From positions 1 to 59,661 of the IMG/VR virus record IMGVR_UViG_3300015264_000004: a stretch of 59,661 bases of DNA. One strand, 5' to 3'. The notes under the pieces were generated by a model, which was given only the letters and a program-made list of their open reading frames with translations, ran no database searches and had not been told where the DNA came from. This document shows, piece by piece, positions 54,932-59,661 of this stretch. The number at the start of each line of letters is the position of its first letter. Positions within the stretch are counted from its first letter, which is position 1. This DNA is from a virus. Its lineage: Duplodnaviria > Caudoviricetes. Both the position numbers and the translations under genes were made by a program.

Positions 54932-55207
54932 TTAGTCGGGCAGAAGTGTCCAAATCTTTTCACGTAAAAGGGTGATGCCGAAACATAGTAAAGTTATCTT
55001 TATCCATACCCTTTCGATTTCGTAGTATTCATCCTCGATTTCAACCCTGAAGCCTACACTCCAATTGTACAGGTCTAAAGATTTGCCCAGTTTCCATGTA
55101 CACATTTCCAGCGTGTTAGGATTGCTCAGGCCCCCGGCTTCTACGACTTCGGTCAGGGCGGGCCATATAACATCTGTGCGAGTTTCCGCGCTTCGTTTGA
55201 TAATCAT
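54932..55207 (-). CDS. hypothetical protein
   Basis: ATGA coupling. Confidence 0.55.
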   Translation of the reverse strand: MIIKRSAETRTDVIWPALTEVVEAGGLSNPNTLEMCTWKLGKSLDLYNWSVGFRVEIEDEYYEIERVWIKITLLCFGITLLREKIWTLLPD

Positions 55208-55500
55208 TCCGTGTCTTTCTTGTCGAGGCGTTCAATAGCGGTTTGGGCCTTACGGTTGTATTTTTCCTCTGGTGTTTCGTCGGCCTGTGTCGGCGGTTGC
55301 CATGACCTGTCATACCTACGGCTGTATCGTTTCTCCGGTGTCTCTTCGCCGTATGTACCTATCTCTCTGCGCAGGATGTCAGATAATACTTTCGACATAC
55401 TGCCGTCGCGTGTAGCCTTGGCGCGTTTGGCTAGTTCGTCTTTCATGTACTGCGGGATGTACGCGCCCACAAATACACCCTTGCGTTTTGGTTTAGTCAT
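55204..55500 (-). CDS. ribbon-helix-helix DNA-binding protein
   Basis: VFVGAYIP...DEL...A......MSKVLSDIL strand-helix-helix pattern. Confidence 0.65.
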   Translation of the reverse strand: MTKPKRKGVFVGAYIPQYMKDELAKRAKATRDGSMSKVLSDILRREIGTYGEETPEKRYSRRYDRSWQPPTQADETPEEKYNRKAQTAIERLDKKDTE

Positions 55501-55913
55501 AATTGCTCTATATCCAAGATAATACTAAAATTGGTCTTATGTTTTGATCCGCCAGACCGGGCCTCGACAATCAAAGGTATCTTTGCTAATCCTGGCTGCA
55601 ATACAACAGGCTCCCACTTATGCGGCTGGATTAAAAACTCTGCGTACTCGGGCCTACGTGGCGGCTGCGTCAAATCAAACTTCGTCATACCGAATATACT
55701 GTAACATTCAAAGATCACGGCTGCCGCGCTAGATTCGCCTACTTGACGATGCCTGTTAAACTCGACATTCCGTACCGCTGCATCCTTGTACAGGATCAAA
55801 CGGCAAGGGTAATTCATGGTAATAGAATGTAAGGCGAAGCGTAGGCCAAGGGTCGCTTCGCCTTTCCACAGCATGCCATTTGTGAGTTTTGCTGTGACTA
55901 TTTCGATTTGCAT
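55497..55913 (-). CDS. hypothetical protein
   Basis: Operon packing. Confidence 0.55.
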   Translation of the reverse strand: MQIEIVTAKLTNGMLWKGEATLGLRFALHSITMNYPCRLILYKDAAVRNVEFNRHRQVGESSAAAVIFECYSIFGMTKFDLTQPPRRPEYAEFLIQPHKWEPVVLQPGLAKIPLIVEARSGGSKHKTNFSIILDIEQL

Positions 55914-56300
55914 CTATGCGAGTCCTGGGCCTTCGCCAAATTTATAAGTCTGCCCGTTACGCGCCCGGTATCGCGTCTCAGGATCATGCGCCTTGATCCA
56001 GTAATTAATCCATACCTTGACGGTCACGGTTTTATCATCGTCGTTGAGATTGGTTTCTATGCGCGGCGACACGGCGCTATCGAATTCAAGGCAGTACGGG
56101 CTAATACCAAAGCCTGTAGTATGCTTGGTCACATGTGACTGTGTATGTCTGCGGTTATACTCTGCCCGTTGCATTAGATGACCAAACAGACGCGCAATAG
56201 TGGCCTCTGCGGTAGGGTACCCGGTCGCGGTGTCCTCTGCGGATTCGGATATGTACAGATGCGCGCCGATATATGTTGTTGCGTCTCTATTGACCTGCAT
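55914..56300 (-). CDS. hypothetical protein
   Basis: Operon packing. Confidence 0.55.
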   Translation of the reverse strand: MQVNRDATTYIGAHLYISESAEDTATGYPTAEATIARLFGHLMQRAEYNRRHTQSHVTKHTTGFGISPYCLEFDSAVSPRIETNLNDDDKTVTVKVWINYWIKAHDPETRYRARNGQTYKFGEGPGLA

Positions 56301-56301
56301 A

Positions 56302-56970
56302 TTATTTCAATCCTAATTGCCGTTGCACGGGTCCCAATATCTTATCAGGCGTCGGTATCGTCAACGGCTGATAATTAATCGGTGAAAGCAATGTCCCGCT
56401 TATGATCCTGTCAAGGATACCCTTTGTCAGCCTGACATCGTGCATGCAATAGTCCCGCAACTCTGCGTACTTGCCAGCCTGCCAGAGCAATGGGGCGTCG
56501 GCACCGTCACCTGTCTTATCTGGAAAACTGTTAGCCCGTGCTACGTCGCCAAGTTTATGACCTTTCCAAGCCCAAAAAGGCTGACGCGATAGTCCCGCCG
56601 CTTCGATTATCTGCGGATAGATGTCGTATGACCGCTCAGGCGGGACAACGATGTCAAATGCGGCTAGTAGCTTATTATCAAACGTATGCGTATTGTACCC
56701 GATAATATAATCAGTCTGCGCAATCAAGGCCCGCAGGTCATCAAGGCCCGCGTTGACATAATCGGTGCGGCCCTGGGCGTCAGGCGGAATTATCGAAAGA
56801 TCACAATCCCAAAATGAATACTTGGTTTTCGTGTCGTAATCGAATACGCATGCGATAGCTAAACCCATCCCGCGAAAGTTGCCCCATCCTTCGCAGTATT
56901 CGACATTAGGCAGTCGAGGCTTATGCTTGTCGGGTATCATGTTCTTAATTTCGGTGTCGATAACAATCAT
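56302..56970 (-). CDS. DEDD/RNase H-like 3'-5' exonuclease
   Basis: VIDTE (ExoI), GYN...FD (ExoII), YCMHDV (ExoIII). Confidence 0.85.
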   Translation of the reverse strand: MIVIDTEIKNMIPDKHKPRLPNVEYCEGWGNFRGMGLAIACVFDYDTKTKYSFWDCDLSIIPPDAQGRTDYVNAGLDDLRALIAQTDYIIGYNTHTFDNKLLAAFDIVVPPERSYDIYPQIIEAAGLSRQPFWAWKGHKLGDVARANSFPDKTGDGADAPLLWQAGKYAELRDYCMHDVRLTKGILDRIISGTLLSPINYQPLTIPTPDKILGPVQRQLGLK

Positions 56971-57464
56971 TAGATTTTTCCTTTTCTGGCCATGCTCTGC
57001 ATTGCGGCCGCTGCAATAGATGCCGCTTTTAAGAATTTGTCATGTACATACTCGACAGTTAAGTCATGATCCATTGTCAGCCTGCCAAGTTGACGGATCA
57101 TAATCATTTTCCAGTCGCGCCATGTATGTTCGTCGTCATGCTCAGGGCCGCCCCATTGCGCGTCTTGTCTCTCGCGTTCTGCGGTTATTTCCATGAAAAT
57201 CAAGTTGAGACTGTTAGCCTCGACTTCGCTGTCGATAAACTCTCTTGCGGCCTTCGTCCTGGCTGCGTCAATCGCTTGTTGTAGCTCTAATAGGCTGTCA
57301 GTTGTTACAGCGCTTGTCGTATCGCTGAAACATAAGCGCAGCGTGCCCTCACACTCAGGAATTACCCTGACAAGGTAGCCAAGCATAAAAGCCATTTCGC
57401 GGCCGTGTTCGTCGTGATATGGCACGATAATAAACGATGTAAGCTTTTGGTCTGGTAGTTCCAT
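56970..57464 (-). CDS. hypothetical protein with MazG-like helical C-terminal domain
   Basis: EITAERERQDAQWG..HD...W...L.AASIAAAA motif. Confidence 0.55.
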   Translation of the reverse strand: MELPDQKLTSFIIVPYHDEHGREMAFMLGYLVRVIPECEGTLRLCFSDTTSAVTTDSLLELQQAIDAARTKAAREFIDSEVEANSLNLIFMEITAERERQDAQWGGPEHDDEHTWRDWKMIMIRQLGRLTMDHDLTVEYVHDKFLKAASIAAAAMQSMARKGKI

Positions 57465-57465
57465 G

Positions 57466-57864
57466 CTAATCCCCTATTGTAATCTTAATACTATGCAAGG
57501 TGTCCTCTGACACGATGAAATTTGAATAAAATGCTGGTAAGAACACTACAGGCATATCGGCTGAGCGTGCTATCTGGATTTCATCGGTCACGCCTATACT
57601 TGTATCCCATCCTTCAAGCGTTAAGACTACCAGCTTATATGACAGGTCTAAAAATACCGTATCGTACCGTTTCCAGAATTCCCAATCCCTTGACATGGTA
57701 ACATGTGTTGTCATCGGATGATTATGTGAGATAGGCGAATAGACATTATAGCCAAGGTTAACCAGACGGCCCGCAGCCCTCGACAGGCAGTTAAAACGCT
57801 TGATACGTACATTCTCTAAATCATGACGATAAGGGCCGGCTAAATAGAGTAACGGTTTTGTCAT
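57466..57864 (-). CDS. nucleoside 2-deoxyribosyltransferase-like (DUF1937/DUF4406) protein
   Basis: LYLAGPY, YSPI, GWD.S.GV..EI..A. Confidence 0.8.
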   Translation of the reverse strand: MTKPLLYLAGPYRHDLENVRIKRFNCLSRAAGRLVNLGYNVYSPISHNHPMTTHVTMSRDWEFWKRYDTVFLDLSYKLVVLTLEGWDTSIGVTDEIQIARSADMPVVFLPAFYSNFIVSEDTLHSIKITIGD

Positions 57865-57866
57865 CG

Positions 57867-58283
57867 CTAATCTTTCCTCTTTTCCAGATACAAATTAAAC
57901 AGGTCAGTATACATGTCAGCCGCGTTGTCATCGGCAACCCAAAACAAAAAGTCCTGTTCGCGCATGTCATCCGTGGTAACCGGCGTCGGGCTAATCTGTT
58001 TCATGTAGCTTGCCATTTGATCCGGTCTGACTTTGCCTTTCGATACCACTAGGAAAGTCAGGGCCGTTGTCTGTTCGTCACCTATGTGCATCGGAGCCAC
58101 AATAGCCTTGAAGCCGTCTCTATCGACAGGGAAAAACCAGTTCTGAAAGTCAACGACATACTGCGCAGCCGTAGCATTGTCAAAGATTATGATCCAATGC
58201 TTACCGCCTTGTAACTTTTGCCAAGTGTCCTGTGCTGACTCTTTGATATTGAAAAAGTCAGCCTTTGGTAGTGTGAAACCCAT
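57867..58283 (-). CDS. hypothetical protein
   Basis: Operon packing. Confidence 0.55.
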   Translation of the reverse strand: MGFTLPKADFFNIKESAQDTWQKLQGGKHWIIIFDNATAAQYVVDFQNWFFPVDRDGFKAIVAPMHIGDEQTTALTFLVVSKGKVRPDQMASYMKQISPTPVTTDDMREQDFLFWVADDNAADMYTDLFNLYLEKRKD

Positions 58284-58285
58284 GA

Positions 58286-58678
58286 TTAATCCTGCGGTAT
58301 ATTGCTATGATCCAAACCACACGTAGGGCACACGCTACCCTGTAAATAATCTCGCGGTATGGTATTGTGATGTAGGTACGGTTGAATATTTTTCGCTTTC
58401 GACTGCCGGAAAGCCTCTATACCATCTTCAGTCACATCGCCGGTGTCTATCATAAGACGCATAGCAAAAGACACGTCGCCTAACTCTTTTTCTAATTCCC
58501 CGCGATTATCCCAGGGTGTCGAGGCTACAGGATTGCGTGTACTGTAGCCGTGGCGCATAATCTTACCTATCGCCTGTTGCGCTTCCCCTAATTCTTCACT
58601 CAGGAGCGCTAGGCGTTCGTGTTCGGCTGGTGTTAACGCGCAAAACATCGACATTACTTGCTTGTTATCATATTTCAT
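58286..58678 (-). CDS. MazG-like nucleotide pyrophosphohydrolase
   Basis: EELGE..Q...K..RHG...LEKELGDV, ATGA overlap with the thyX stop. Confidence 0.82.
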   Translation of the reverse strand: MKYDNKQVMSMFCALTPAEHERLALLSEELGEAQQAIGKIMRHGYSTRNPVASTPWDNRGELEKELGDVSFAMRLMIDTGDVTEDGIEAFRQSKAKNIQPYLHHNTIPRDYLQGSVCPTCGLDHSNIPQD

Positions 58679-59661
58679 ATTCCGCGCTCCTGACAGCCGC
58701 AATAAAACAAATGGCTCCCGCAAACCGGACATGGTTCGGAATTGTTACCAAAATTCGTTACGCAGCCTTTCGCAGCCTCTTTTGCCTTGTCGCATCCTTC
58801 AGGTTGCACAAACTGCCCGACATGCTTTGTTACCATCGCATCCCGGATGTGTGCTAACTCAGGCAGGTTTGGTAAGAAGTGACGCCGGTTTTCGTCCTTA
58901 AATTCCTTCCGGTACTGGTGGTACCCGCGCAGATTACCTTGTTTGCGGCAATCTTCCCTCGTATCTATAGGACAGTCGCAGGGTGTTGCCACATGTTCGA
59001 ATGGTGACCAATGGCCAGAGCCTAGCAACTTATCGAACAGGTCAACATCCTTGCGCATGTCCGGGGCTGTTTGATCGTGATTCAAGTATGACACCCTGGC
59101 GCAGCGCGCCGTAGATACCTGACGCAAATCCAGCAAGTTTACGGGGTCCACATTCCACATGCCTATTTCGGCATTGGTTACGTATGGTAAATGGTATTCA
59201 CCGGGTTTTAATTCCTGCGGCGTGCTGGTGTAATAAACCATCTGGATAGCATCGGCTAACGCTTTCATTTCGGGTTGTGCCGCAGGGTGACACCGTTGCC
59301 AGAAAAAGTTATCCCACTCCGTAGCCGTAAGAATCGCAGTTACCCACAACCACGGCTCAAGATAGCGATTGGCATGTTGCTTATGCAATCCCTCGACTTC
59401 GGTTAACTGCCTGACACAATGTACAGCGCTATTCTTTAGCGCTAGGATGCGAGCTAGGGCTGTCCGGGCTTTGACGGAATCTATATGTTGCGGCGCTTGC
59501 ATACCGGCCACGTTAGCGCCGTACCATATTGGCGTATACGGATCATTGCTAACCATGTCAAGTATGCGCTTTGACGGTATGGCGCGGCTTGACGCTAGAT
59601 TTTTTGAGATAGCGCGGTGCGTGTTTAGTTCCGCGTTAATAAGTTTCGGAAACGTAGCCTC
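58675..59661 (-). CDS. thyX: flavin-dependent thymidylate synthase (main part; starts at 182 across the join)
   Basis: HKQHANRYLEPW, NFF.QR, AQPE, SxARCARVSY, HWSPFEHVA, GNLRG..QYR. Confidence 0.92.
   Translation of the reverse strand, partial: EATFPKLINAELNTHRAISKNLASSRAIPSKRILDMVSNDPYTPIWYGANVAGMQAPQHIDSVKARTALARILALKNSAVHCVRQLTEVEGLHKQHANRYLEPWLWVTAILTATEWDNFFWQRCHPAAQPEMKALADAIQMVYYTSTPQELKPGEYHLPYVTNAEIGMWNVDPVNLLDLRQVSTARCARVSYLNHDQTAPDMRKDVDLFDKLLGSGHWSPFEHVATPCDCPIDTREDCRKQGNLRGYHQYRKEFKDENRRHFLPNLPELAHIRDAMVTKHVGQFVQPEGCDKAKEAAKGCVTNFGNNSEPCPVCGSHLFYCGCQERGI

Noticed and set aside
59585-59661. 77-bp terminal direct repeat as a biological DTR or att site
   Set aside because: It lies mid-thyX and matches a typical assembler k-mer, so it is best read as circularisation overlap.

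Overview
The window appears to be a complete, circularly assembled tailed-phage genome (siphovirus-like, about 59.58 kb unique). Bases 1-77 repeat 59585-59661, and the thyX reading frame runs across that join. Every credible gene is on the minus strand. Modules, read along the minus strand: (i) an early region (53.7 to 46.1 kb) of small unknown genes, many bounded by a ~35-bp repeat that carries a sigma70 promoter and often abuts or contains the stop codon of the previous gene; (ii) VRR-NUC, terminase small and large subunits, portal, S49 protease-scaffold, decoration and major capsid; (iii) neck, tail tube, chaperones, tape measure and tail tip, including a hub ending in collagen and C1q-like domains; (iv) a membrane/lipoprotein cluster with no recognisable endolysin; (v) MT-A70 and Dam-family methyltransferases, a Toprim protein, SNF2 and UvrD helicases, an SSB-like protein, an AEP primase and a likely origin; (vi) nucleotide metabolism genes (ThyX, MazG-like, NDT-like, exonuclease). 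I found no integrase, DNA polymerase, tRNA, CRISPR array or reverse transcriptase. The strongest leads are the promoter-repeat cassette array, an 18-bp palindromic box on about 20 promoters, three candidate structured RNAs (631-743, 2911-3028, 40536-40656) and a 9-bp tandem array next to the early region. All calls come from reading motifs by eye; no searches or counts were run by software.
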